Shown piece after piece: positions 27,589 through 40,629 of a DNA stretch of 64,000 bases (position 1 is the stretch's first letter; each line of letters starts with the position of its first letter). Made by a program: the position numbers and the translations under genes. This stretch comes from Octopus vulgaris (lineage: Eukaryota): assembly GCA_951406725.2 (NCBI GenBank), contig OX597832.1:37386001-37450000 (forward strand), read 5' to 3'. The notes beneath the pieces are model-generated. The model was not told where the DNA came from. It saw only the letters and a program-made list of their open reading frames with translations, and did no database searches.

Positions 27589-27972
27589 GGATGCGAGAAC
27601 TGGACACTAAAGAAAGCTGACCAGAAGAGAATTAATGCATTCAAGCTTTTGTGTTGGAGAAGACTTTTACGGATACCATGGACAGCGAGGCTCACCAATG
27701 GAGAAGTTCTTAACCGGATCAAGCCGAAAATGTTGCTAGAAGCTAGGATCACCAAGCATAGAGTGGCATATTTTGGTCATATTATGCGGGGAAAATCCCT
27801 GGAGAAGGACATTACGCTCGGAATGGTCAGTGCCAACAGAGGAAGAGGCCGACTAAGAACCCGCTGGATTGACACCATCAAGAGTGACTCGGGAATGGCC
27901 ATAGCTAATCTGAAAGAAGCGACCCAAGATAGAACTGGCTGGAGAACACTGATTCATCGAGTAACCGAGAGT
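27589..27972 (+). mobile_element. 5'-truncated RTE (BovB-like) LINE, C-terminal part of the ORF
   Basis: GCENWTLKKADQKRINAFKLLCWRRLLRIPWTAR...YFGHIMR..SLEKDITLG...RGRGRLRTRWID...QDRTGWR is the typical RTE C-terminal region. Frame is open. Confidence 0.92.
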
Positions 27973-28832
27973 GGACTTGTGAAATCCGCCCGCTGTTTAA
28001 TGGACCGATTCAAGGAACATCTTCACAACATCTCTCGCTTCCTTCGCTCCTCGGACCAGTCAACACTAAATCATACTATGTTTTGCATAAGCTCACCCAA
28101 CGAATCTGCTAATTCCAGGCTTCCCAGAGACAATGTTTTATTTTTCCCTTGAAATTCACGCTCCTTTCGAGTTCAAATTACAACACATCCTCCTCTGACG
28201 CCATCTTTGACACTACACAGACACACAAATGCGTACTCAAACGTACAGGGTATCCTCTACTTGCCAACATAGCAATAAAAAAACTATGTCTCATCTCATT
28301 CGATAAGTACCACCCGCATACACACACATGCTACTCTTCCACACATTTTCACATATCCAAATCGCGGAATAATATAACGCCACTAATACACACATGCTCA
28401 CGCAACCATGCGTGCACATATATATGTGAATGCACATGCAATGAATCATGACTACACACGACAAAGGTATATTTGTATCAAATACACGAAAATACCTTCA
28501 GTCGCGTACTCCCCATTACAATGTGATTGACACATTTTTGCATCCGCTCAGGTTTGTACATATAACAGGAATACACAAACACAAACACAGTCACGCACAC
28601 ACAAATACTTGATACATACTGAATTATTACTATTTCATATTCCTCACGAATATACTAACACACGAATAGACTAACACATACGTACATACGTACCTCTCAT
28701 TGGCCAACCATCCAACTTCCAGAAGCAAGGACCAGCCAGTGCACGAACGCACATACACACGGACGCACTCACAAAATAATATGACAGACACATTTCTACG
28801 CCCACACGAACATGTACATATAAGAAATACCT

Positions 28833-29059
28833 ATTTCTTTACTACCCACAAGAGGCTAAACATAGAGGGGACAAACAAGGACAGGCAAACGGATTGAGTC
28901 GATTACATCGACCCCAGTGCGAAACTGGAACTTAATTTATCGACCCCGAAAGGATGAAAGGCAAAGTCAACCTCGGCGGAATTTGAACCCAGAACGTAAC
29001 GGCAGACGAAATACGGCTACGCATTTCGCCCGGCGTGCTAACGTTTCTGCCAGCTTGCC
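28833..29059 (-). mobile_element. tRNA-derived SINE family 2
   Basis: Head ggcaagctggcagaaacgttagc...ggttcaaattcc (B box), then gactttgcctttcatcctttcggggtcgataaa. Related fragments near 32700, 36700, 39550-39827, 46370-46492 and 61550-61740. Confidence 0.85.
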
Positions 29060-29263
29060 AAATAGTCGAGCATATACACGCGCTGTCATACACACGTAGT
29101 AGCACACCCACACAAATACATGATAAAGGGCCACGTACATACAGGACCTACTTCTCCAGATTTCTCTCACACATATCCATAGTCACACCTGGCAACGTGG
29201 ACACAGAAACACGCCTGTCTTTGCATTCGCTTTGCATTTAATGTACCATCTTACTTCTGGTCA

Positions 29264-29651
29264 GTGGAGGCGCAATGGCCCAGTGGTTAGGGCAGCGGAC
29301 TCGCGGTCGTAGGATCGTGGTTTCGATTCCCAGACCGGGCGTTGTGAGTGTTTATTGAGCGAAAACACCTAAAGCTCCACGAGGCTCCGGCAGGGGATAG
29401 TGGTGATCCCTGCTGTACTCTTTCACCACAACTTTCTCTCACTCTTACTTCCTGTTTCTGTTGTACCTGTATTTCAAAGGGCCGGCCTTGTCACTCTCTG
29501 TGTCACGCTGAATACCCTCGAGAACTACGTTAAGGGTACACGTGTCTGTGGAGTGCTCAGCCACTTACACGTTAATTTCACGAGCAGGCTGTTCCGTTGA
29601 TTCGGATCAACCGGAACCCTCGTCGTCGTAACCGACGGAGTGCTTCCACAC
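29264..29651 (+). mobile_element. Full-length tRNA-derived SINE family 3 with 11-bp TSD
   Basis: A box tggcccagtgg and B box gtttcgattcc. Target-site duplication acttctggtca at 29253-29263 and 29652-29662. Confidence 0.92.
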
Positions 29652-30435
29652 ACTTCTGGTCACTCCACGGCCAACACAGAGATCAGCTTCACACTTGTTT
29701 GTTTTCGCTGTGATTGCACTTTTTTGTTCCTTTGTTCCTTTTTTTTTTCTTCTCCAGTTTCTCTTCGTCGATTTCTCCCTCATTTTTTCTACAATCTAAA
29801 AATGGACAATGCTTTAGTAATTAACTCCTTTCATTTCCTTGTGTGTCAAGCTTATACTATTGATGAGGAATTCATTTCATTTCCTTTTTTTTTATGTACT
29901 TTGTTTCCTGTTTTTTGCCATAAATATATATACACGTACATATGTATGTATGTAAAGATATTAATATCCAAGTTTCTTTTGAGCTTCATGAGAGGCAGCA
30001 CTCTGGCATGTATTTGGTCTCTAACAAGGGCGAGTTACCGTGAGTGCAGTAGTCATATCTATTTCCTTTTGTTGGTGTGTGATTACTTAGTACTAGAGAA
30101 CTGCGATCACTTAAAGGTTATTGACCGAATATTTGCTGAGTTCTACGATTAAGACATAATGACCTTACAAAATTACCCGAACTCTTCGTAAACGAAGCGA
30201 GAACTAATGTGAAAACTGTTTTTCCTTTTCTAGCCTCCCTGCAGACGTGCTATCCTCAGTAAATGCAGATTGGCTGAGAATGTATTTTGAAGCTCATATT
30301 AACAGATATGTGGCCTCATATTTTTATGTCATTAGATCACAATATATTAATATATAAATATATGCTGAGGTAAACGTTTTTTTTAAAATTAATATTTATT
30401 CACATATACACTCACAGATACATACACACATGTAA

Positions 30436-30490
<55 letters not shown>

Positions 30491-30821
30491 CATATATCTG
30501 TCTATCTATCTGTCTATCTGTCTGTCTGTCTGTCTATTTATTTATCCACACATGCATTTGATAGATGTGTAAATGGTTGAGTAGACTAAGGTTCAGTGAG
30601 TGTGACTGATGAACAAACAATTCGCATTGGCTGTAGAACGCTGTCTTGTAGTTTGATGGATGGGCGAAATTAATGGAAAGGTGTGGTTGCTATGGGAAAT
30701 ATAATTAGGTCAACAGGTGTATAGATAGAGAGGGATTAATATGGAGAGAAAGAGAAAGAGAGAGAGAGAGAAAGACACAGAGAGAAACGGAGGCAGGGTC
30801 AGATATATATTTATATATATT

Positions 30822-30852
<31 letters not shown>

Positions 30853-30859
30853 ACATATA

Positions 30860-30891
<32 letters not shown>

Positions 30892-30893
30892 CA

Positions 30894-30924
<31 letters not shown>

Positions 30925-30982
30925 ATATATATATATATATACATATATATACATATATATATATATACATATATATATATAC

Positions 30983-31044
<62 letters not shown>

Positions 31045-32275
31045 TCAGACACACATGTATATAAAGCAATTATATATGCATATATGTGATTATGTATATA
31101 TCACAACAATGATACGTCGTATGCGTGAAGGACCGTAGTTTAGTGGTGAGCGTAGTCAAGATTTCTGGTGATGCGTCGTGTCCCTGAGGAAGACACTTTC
31201 TTTGACGTTGCACCAGTCACCCCAGCTGGTAAAAATGAGTTGTGCCAATAGTTCAGAGAACCAACCTTATCGCAGTTCGTATCATACTGAGTCTTCCTGG
31301 GAACTATATTAAGGGTACACGTGTCTGTGAAGTGTTCATCCACTAGCACGTTAATTTCACGGGCAGGTTGTTCTGTCGAATGGATCAACTGGAATCCATG
31401 TCATCGTAATCCTTTGTAGGGTTCCTTTGAATCGAAGTATTTTGACATTCAGGACACCAGGAAGTGGATTTTGTTTATGTAGCATTAATTTTGCTGGAAA
31501 TAATAAATTCACAAAGACACACACACACACACACACACATACCACACACGGGCGCGTCTTTCAATTTCCGTCTACCAAATCCACTCACAAGGCTTTGGTC
31601 GACCTAAGGCTATAGTAGAAAATACTTGCCTAAGGTCCCATGCAGTGGGACTGAACCTGCAACCATGTGGTTGGGAAGCAAACTTCTTACCGCATATCCA
31701 CGCCTGCATATGTATGATTATATATGCAGTTATATTTTATTGGACTACTACATGTTAAACTAACATTTGACCGGTTGTCATTCCTTAGCCTTTGGTCAGT
31801 GCAGACGGAGGAATTTACGATCAAGGACATTTCGCTTATGACCAATTTGTTATTGTTATATCGAGAACAAAATTGTTTAATGTGTCCTTCTTTTCTTGAA
31901 TAAATGTTATTGGTGTGGGACTTGGTTGCTACTTCTGGCAGATTGAGCGGTTATGTAGAGGCTCTTTCAATGGTCAGGGTAAATAGCCAACTGTCCGATC
32001 CGCTTAGCACAAAATTGATGATGGTACCCTGCCAGTAATTGCAGGCTTTTGAACTTCTTATGTGGTGAATTAGACTGCTGAGGGTTGGATGTTTGGGACC
32101 AACACCCAACCTGGGCTTACAATAAATTTTCGGCTCTCCAAATCACTGAAAAGGGGAGAGAGATAGAAAGAGAGAGAGAGAGAGAAAGAGAGAAAGGGGG
32201 AGAAAGAGAAAGGGAGAGAGAGAGGGGAGAGTGTGGCACATCTGAAAGAGTGATTGATAAAATGCTTTGTATTTA

Positions 32276-32688
32276 GGAGTGGCTGTGTGGTAAGTAGCTT
32301 GCTTACCAACCACATGGTTCTGGGTTCAGTCCCACTGCGTGGCATCTTGGGCAAGTGTCTTCTGCTATAGCTTCGGGCCGACCAATGCCTTGTGAATGGA
32401 TTTGGTAGAGGGAAACTGAAAGAATCCTGTCGTATTTATGTATATATGTGTATGTATGTGTATGTATATGTTTGTGTGTCTGTGTTTGTCCCTCTAGTAT
32501 TGCTTGACAACCGATGCTGGTGTGTTTATGTCCCCGTCATTAGCGGTTCGGCAAAAGAGACCGATAGAATAAGTATTGTGCTTACAAAGAATAAGTCCCG
32601 GGGTCGATTTGCTCGACTAAAGGCGGGTGCTTCAGCATAGCCGCAGTCAAATGACTGAAACAAGTAAAAGAGTAAAAGAGAAAAGAGT
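32276..32688 (+). mobile_element. Full-length SINE family 1
   Basis: A-box-like tggctgtgtgg, B-box-like ggttcagtccc, CORE-like cttgggcaagtgtctt, internal (TATG) microsatellite and (gtaaaaga)n tail. More than 12 related copies or fragments in the window. Confidence 0.92.
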
Positions 32689-34045
32689 ATTATCTTCTGG
32701 TTTCAAATCCTGCCGTGGTCAGTCTTGCTTTTCATCCTTTTGTTGAAGATAACATAAGATACCAGTCAAATACTGAAGCTGTTATAGTTAACGGTTCCCT
32801 CCCTCATAATTCGATGCCTTTTGCTTCAGTTAAAAGTCAATAAATTATCCACGATCAGAGAAAACATCATCTTTTGTAAAAAAAAAAAGATTTTCTTTTG
32901 GTCAAATAGTTCATTCTGTGAGCGGATTACTATATGGCATATGAATGGTAAATGAAAAAGACAAGACTAAGAAAGTGAGAATTATAATTTCTATAGAGTA
33001 TTCGTCAGTCATTTAAAATATCAAACATCTTTTATAAGACACCAATAAAAACGAGCGAACACAATACATCGAAACAGCAATCTCTATAGAAGAAGGAAAA
33101 CAAATGATACGAAGAGTAAGAGATTTTAGTCGTTTCTAGAAAAACGAGTGCTTTTCTATGAAAAGCCTTTCGGAAGAGTTCAACAATACGTTATTGTCTT
33201 TGTGAAAAGTATGCTCTAGTATCTAAGATGTAGAACCTTGCGGCAGCATCGGACTACGAAAAGTAAATGTAGATCAGAAGTTATGCTGTAGTGGCGAGCA
33301 ATTCATACCTCTGGATGAAATATTGTATTTGATGATGACAAGAAAGAGCGGGGGAGAAAGAGATAGAACCAGGCTGGTGGTTGTCTGCAAGCAAGGAACT
33401 TACAATAAATGGAACTGGCATCAAAGTATCCACGATGCTTCGTGTCATAAATGGAAGCAATTAATTACGTAAGTTCAATGGAAAGACATTTAAGGTTGTC
33501 TCTTTGAAAACAGGTCTTTGGGGCTATAGAGGAAGTGCTGCTAACTCTAAAGATCTTGTCATTCATACACACTCACATACACATGCTTACGCAAATACGC
33601 ATACATTTCCATATATAGCCATATGAACATACACATATATACGTGCGTGCATGAGCGTGTGTGTGTATGCATGTGTGTGTGTGTATGAAGCATTGTAACA
33701 TACGGTCGCATTCTCTCTCAAATGCCTGTAGGAATGCATGTATATATCTACACGCGCGCATTCGCGCACACACATGCATATACGTATGTATGTTTATGTA
33801 TATACAGAACACAAATTTATATATGCATATATGCAATACATGTATATATAAATATATATACACGCATAAATACATACGTACATACGTACATACATATATA
33901 CATACATATATATATATACATATATATACATATATATATATACATATATATACATACATTCATATATATATATATATACACATATATATATATATGTGTA
34001 TATGATATACACACGGTTGCACACACACGGTTGCACACACACACA

Positions 34046-34098
<53 letters not shown>

Positions 34099-34644
34099 CT
34101 ATAGATCTATACTGTATATATCTGCTTGGCTACAAAGCCACGACAATGCGATCGTTGTTGGCTCCATAATGGCAGCTACACTGTTTAAATAACAGAATGA
34201 AATGGATGTGTTTGAGTTAACTTCAGGCCACAACTCTGTTGACTTTCATCTTTCTATAGAATAAGGGACCAACAGCCTCCCTTAGTCACGATATTTGCTG
34301 GTTCAATCTACACCATTTCCTGATTCTCCATTTCTTTCTTCGCAATTGTATTCTTCGTTGTTTTTCTTTTATATTTTTAACCCTAAATTATATTTTTGAA
34401 CGATAGTCAAACTGTGTTCTCTCCATTTTTGCCTCTTGAATTGCGACTGCAAAAACCTGTTTCTCTGAAAATATAAACTGACGAACGGTACCTTACTATA
34501 TTCTGTTCGATGCACCTTATCTTCAATTTTAAAGCTATTTCTGCAATGGTATTACTAAAAACGGTACCCTTAAAAATGATACGTCTCCAACAATACTATT
34601 CTTGTGGTACCCTTCAAATTGTGGTACATTCGAATTGTGCCATT

Positions 34645-34975
34645 CATTGCTTGTTTCCGGCACTTTTCTGCGTATTTTGTGCATTTTCTGCATGTCTTTG
34701 TATCTCTCACTCTTCCTCTTTGTTTCCTGTTTGTTTCTTCTATGTTTCCTGTAAATTTCTTATACGCTTCTTTTCTATTTCCATCATGTTTTTTGCACAC
34801 ATCCTGTGCGGTTCCTGCATGTTTCATACATAACTTCTCTACATTGCATGCAATACTCTTTAATATCTCGATTAAACTTACTCTGTATTTCCTGTGTATT
34901 TCCTGCTTATTTTATGCATGTATCCCACATGAGATTTTTCCTTCATGCTCTTTTTACATGTTCTGTGTACATTTT
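34645..34975. repeat. Highly diverged 11-bp period tandem repeat
   Basis: Phased units: tttgtttcctg / tttgtttcttc / tatgtttcctg / taaatttctta / ... / catgttttttg / cacacatcctg / tgcggttcctg / catgtttcata. Confidence 0.65.
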
Positions 34976-35497
34976 CGTCTTCAACGACTGAGACACCATT
35001 ACTGGACCTGATAGAAATAACAGCTGAATATCTCTCAATCGCATCCTATTTTTGTCTCAAACAGAAGGGTCACGTGATAGTGGGAGGAGAGAGAGAGTAC
35101 TGGGGAGAGAGAGAGAAAAAGCAAGAGAGAGAGAGAGTGTGTGGGGGGAGGTAAAAGAGAGGCAAAGAAAGAGAAAGAAACAGAAATGGACGTCCACAAA
35201 AATTCTTCCAAGAATATTCTACAAATGAGTAAAAAAAAATAATAAGGAGTGCGTTGCGTTATGTAAATAATATTTCAAAGATTTAACAAAAACATAATGA
35301 ATGGGAAAATTGACAAAAGCATAACACACGGAAAATTTGTAGTTATTTCCTCATCAGTCAACGTCCAAAAGATCATTACAATTTCGCGCCGTTATCGTTG
35401 ACATTGTTCCATATCTTATGGAATCGCGTCATTAAATATATATAGTCACCTCTCATACCTCATGATTTTATGGTTTGTATATATATATATATATGTA

Positions 35498-35565
<68 letters not shown>

Positions 35566-35901
35566 CATATATAATATACATAATATATAATGGTGGTGTG
35601 GTACAAACATGGACATGAAAACATGTACAATAAATATATATGAGAGACTTCTTTCAGTTTCCGTGTACCAAATCCACTCACAAGGCTTTGGTCGTGCTGA
35701 AGCTATAGCCAAAGTACCCCACAGTGGGACTCAACTCGGTAGCATGTGGTTGGGAAGCAAAATCGTTATCACACAGCCATGCGACGGCTCCCTACTTCCA
35801 GCAGAACTTGACCTCTTCTTATACCCATAATTGCTCTTCCTTAGCGTGAGATCTTAAATTACTTTTCAGTCCTGAAAATGGTTTGAAGAGCTGATCACAT
35901 A

Positions 35902-36120
35902 CGAAGGGGGTACTGAAAAGCTTCTTGCTTTAAGGGTGCCGCGGGAGACCTGGCTGGAGGTCCAACCTTCCGAATTCGTTTACATGGTTTAGAAAAACTG
36001 AAGAATCGCTGCGGTAAATATGTGGATCTGAGAGGAGAATATGTTGAATAAAGACCATAATTAACTGATCCTCCTGCATTTTCTTTTACCCGAAGCCAGG
36101 AACTTTTCAGCACCCCCTCG
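35902..36120 (+). mobile_element. Mariner-derived MITE with TA TSD
   Basis: ta|cgaagggggtactgaaaagct...ggaacttttcagcaccccctcg|ta. Internal GLEKLKNRCGKYVDLRGEYVE*. Confidence 0.9.
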
Positions 36121-37285
36121 TATACTGCAGCGATGTCTTATTCCAGCATTGCAGCCATTTTCCGCATGTTTATTATGAATGTTCAAGCGCCGCTTCAATC
36201 GTTCACGTGACCTACTGGATTTTGACTGACATTGCATAGCAACTGATCATCTCGAATGAACATCAGATAGTTCATGTTTACCTTACCTGCATGGGCACTC
36301 TGGTGCGATCTCATACCAGTGTGACATATGCAACATTTAACGAAAGAAATGAGAAACTCTCAAAATGCTATTTATATTAATCTAATTTTTCTTTTCATTG
36401 TAGCTTGCATAACTCAAAATCTTTAACCCCCATTCCAAACTGTAGCTCTTCACACTTCCCTATCTGCTGCAGGTGATTCAAGATTTTTGCAACATAAATT
36501 AAGGTATTTGAAATTTGATTTTAAAGAGTTTTGGGATCTTGTCTTCGGGTTAGCATTTTTCTCATTCCCAGTATAAGTTCACCATAAGACATTTATTATG
36601 GAGTGCAGTCATCATGCATACCGATGTGGTGGCCAGTGCATTGTAGCTGATTCCTAAATAAGTATGGCCAGCATAGCTGTGATCTTAGTAAGAAGCCCAA
36701 TGTCTGAGTTCTGAGTTCAAATGCTGCCGGGGTCCATTTTACCTTTCAACCTTTCGGGGTCGATAAAATAAGTACCAGGTGATCGCTAGATCCAATGTAA
36801 TCAACTAGCTCCTTCCTCCGAATTTTGCTTGCCTTGGGCTAAAATTTGAAACCTATATATACATACATAGTCAAATACATGCTCATTCGTGCATGATGTG
36901 TATGTAAGTGTGCGTGTATTTATTTCTGAATATGTAAGCGTATATATGTGAGCGAGTGTGCACGCGTATGAATATGTATTTGAGCGCGCTTGGACATGAA
37001 CGCATGTGAAAAGGAATGGGTGTATATAGGGCGAATTAATCGGAATGTACAAATATGTGCATATTTGAGTAGGATGTGTAAAAGTGACTACAGTCTGTGT
37101 TAGAGAGAATGTGTGTGTGTGTTTATGTGTATGTGTGTGTGTGTGTGCATATGAATATGTGCGTGCTTGAGTGAGAAGATAAGTATGTGTGGTGTACGTT
37201 GTGAGTATATGTGATTTGAGAGTGTATATGCGTATGACCAAGCGTGAAGGTATGCTTGAGTGTAAGAATGTATATGTGTGCAGGC

Positions 37286-37336
<51 letters not shown>

Positions 37337-37632
37337 TGTGTAAGTGTGATATGTGATGTTACTTTATAACATTTCATTTTCAACATTTAGAATTAATAGC
37401 AGTGTGTGTATGTATGTGTATGTTTGCAGATGTATGCGTTTTTGCATATGTGTTTAAATATGTGTGTATAGATATATGTATGTGTGTATGCATGTGTGCG
37501 TTTGTATGAATGTGAGTGTGTATGCATACTTTGTGCGTAAATGGTTTTGAATGTATGTGTAGATATGATTGCCTCCATGTATGTAGTTTTGCATGTTTGA
37601 GTATGTCTGTGCGTGTATGTGTGCGTGTGTGC

Positions 37633-37683
<51 letters not shown>

Positions 37684-38404
37684 TACTCATATCTAAATAG
37701 CTGTTTATATGTATGTGTAAGTTTATGGACGGAAATAGAGGGAGGTGAGAAGATATACTTTACTTATATAAGACTGTTGTGTGCCAATCTTCAAATACTT
37801 TAATCACACATATATACATACATATGTGCATACATATACATAGACACGCATACACATATACACATACATATATGCATATATATTTAGGCAGCTATTTAAA
37901 TAACTTGTGTGTGTGTATAATATATGCATATGCATACACACACACATTAGGGCATAATGAATATATATATATATATATATATATAATGCACAGACATTAT
38001 TGAAGCATTTTAAGTGTGTGTGTGTGAAAGAGTATGTGTGAGTGTATGTGTTTGTGTGTACAGATTCTTATACACGCTTAATAAGAGACGCTTATAAATA
38101 AACAGCCTACCTCTAATATAGGCAAGCATACAACAAGCACACGTCTCACTCATACAACAACACTGATATGATAATACACAATAACATACACATACACACA
38201 TACATCCACGTTCGACATTATAATATGTGTATCTTATCTATATATTATAAAGCGAAGTTTTATTTTTTCCCTCGTATACGTTAAGTTTATTTTTTCAGTA
38301 AATTTAATTAAGAATTCACACGTGTCAATAGAACGCCAAAATATTAGAGTGGTCTGGAATGGTAAAAAGGCTCCGTCATTCTGTGAGCAAATCTTCCAAA
38401 TGGA

Positions 38405-38442
<38 letters not shown>

Positions 38443-38626
38443 ACACACACAGAGCTTCTTAATATGAAGCAGCTTCCTTAATGTAAATTTATGCAGAAGA
38501 AAAAGGAACATTGGGGGGAAGCAAGAGGGGGAAAAAAAAGGAAAATGCTTAAAGGGTAATGGATGGAAAACATAAAGACGGGTTTGAAGGACAGACAGAT
38601 ACAGTTGGACACAGTTGGACATACAC

Positions 38627-38705
<79 letters not shown>

Positions 38706-39099
38706 CATAGAAAGAAAAAGTGAGAGAGGGGGAGCGCGAAAGAAGGATTGGGTGAAGCAGAGAAGGAGAAATAGATTGGTACATAGGTATAGATAAAACG
38801 AAATAGTTAAACAACGACACCTACGCATGTATGCATGGATGTGCAATCATATATGTACATATATACATATGTATATATATATATATATATGATATATAAT
38901 ATATATTTACGTGTGTGTATATGTATGCGTTGCTTTAATGAAACATATATTTGCATGTGTACATGTGGGTGAATGTAGCAGCAATGTACGTAGCTTTAAT
39001 AAAATGGTTTTACAACATGAATAAAACACGTTGCTGATTCACTCATTTCGTCAGAAGAATTGTAACCATGTACAGCCATATTCCCAACTATTTATCTAA

Positions 39100-39510
39100 A
39101 AGGAAATAATATACCAGCATCGGTAATATCGACACCAATATCATAGTGAACGTCAATAAGCAACTTGTATTTAATAACAGTTCTTGCTGAAAGAAAAAGG
39201 AGTCACATCTTCCTTGTATTTGATGTTATGATGGGATCTGATGGCGCAGAGATGTTTGAACTATAGTTTCATATTCGATTTCATGAGAACCCACAGTATT
39301 GGGCATATACAGAGATGATGGCTTAGCTATCACCCATAGATATAAACGAGTACATGATCATATATTTAGAAAGAATTTCATTGGCATATATAAGAAATAT
39401 AGAATGAAAATCACTACCGGCACCAAGTTATGAACAGTTAATTTCCTAGATGCCATTGTAGTCTTGATTACCGGGAAGTACTGCCCTTACACAAATCAAA
39501 ACGTGTACAC
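39100..39510 (+). pseudogene. Decayed PLE reverse transcriptase fragment
   Basis: FDVMMGS-DGAEMFEL...GIYRDDGLA...TVNFLDAIVVLITGKYCPY, containing the YRDD catalytic motif. Confidence 0.8.
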
Positions 39511-39824
39511 TGCAAGCACCATTAGTTGGGCAACCATTATAAAAAGGTTGGGGTCGACCTTTGTCTTTCGAGGGCGATTAATTAAGTACCAGTCATGTAC
39601 TAGGGTCGATGTGATCGACTTATACCTCCCCCAAAATTTCAGGCCTTATGCCTATAGTAGAAAAGATTATTCCATCTTGCAAATAGGTAGCATAAATAGC
39701 ATAAAGGGTTATTTTATCTTGCAAGTCTGCGATTACAAAGATTTTATTTCATCGATTCTAGTGTTCTAGTACTGGCAAAGTTGACCCCGGCGGAATTTGA
39801 ACTCAGAACGTAAAGACGGACGAA

Positions 39825-39896
<72 letters not shown>

Positions 39897-39911
39897 ATGT
39901 ATATATGTGTA

Positions 39912-40118
39912 TAGTTAATGCAAACATGAACAAAGAGAAAACACACCAACGCGAGGACGAGGAACAAATATAGTGTTATTTGACGCTCAGGAAAGGAAAG
40001 AAAGAAGGAGGGTTTAACGTTTCGAGCGGAGCTCTTCGTCAGAAACATAGAAAAAGGAAAGATCCAAGGAAGGGAAGACTGAGAAATAAAATCGGCAACG
40101 ATACACACGCGGTCACAT
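39912..40118 (-). mobile_element. Short PLE-derived element carrying a hammerhead (family A, copy 3)
   Basis: Same architecture as the other copies; flanked by TA-rich tracts. Confidence 0.85.
40012..40046 (-). ncRNA. Type I hammerhead ribozyme motif, core intact (family A)
   Basis: Minus strand: gttt-CTGACGA-a-GAGC tcc GCTC-GAA-ACGT-T-aaac. All core nucleotides present, with palindromic ACGT stem III. Confidence 0.85.
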
Positions 40119-40363
40119 ATTCAAAAATTTATATATATATTTATATGTATAGGTTATGAGAGGTAATAGTGTCAAGAAGACCCAAAGGTGTCAGGTAATG
40201 CTGAGTAAGTGCTATGGACAAACTATAGTCAAGCTCCAGGTTCGGTGATTATGCGACGGAGGAGTTCAACGTAGGTCATATATCAGCATGCGTATATATA
40301 AAAAATTAACAATATGATATAAAAATCCAAGGCTGTGAAATATTTCAGAGCATTTATAAAGAG

Positions 40364-40411
40364 GTCTTACAGCTGCTTCCGGGATATTTTATATATTCCT
40401 TCATCGGAGAC
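40364..40411 (-). ncRNA. Type I hammerhead ribozyme motif, mutated (family D)
   Basis: Minus strand: gtct-CCGATGA-a-ggaatat ataaa atatccc-g-GAA-GCAGCTGT-A-agac. Perfect stem I, near-palindromic (A)CAGCTGT stem III, two core substitutions. Confidence 0.7.
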
Positions 40412-40629
40412 AGTGCGAGAGAATGGTTAAGCAACAGTTATTCTAGATAAGATATGAAATAGAGAGTGAAGAGGAAAATGAAAATAGACGTGAGTCATTT
40501 AAAAAAAAACCTCGATTCAATAACATCGTTTACAAACTCTATGCTTGACATGACCAATTTTAAATACTATTGGAACTTACACACAAGGTACAGGAATCTT
40601 ATATGTATACCATTCTGCCTAAATAATGG

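Noticed and set aside
29264-29340. tRNA gene
   Set aside because: It is the tRNA-like head of a SINE with body, tail and TSD; there is no complete cloverleaf or Pol III terminator.
36636-36660. gtgcattgtagc, resembling the 5' end of miR-33
   Set aside because: The match stops after about 11 nt and I see no complementary arm for a precursor hairpin.
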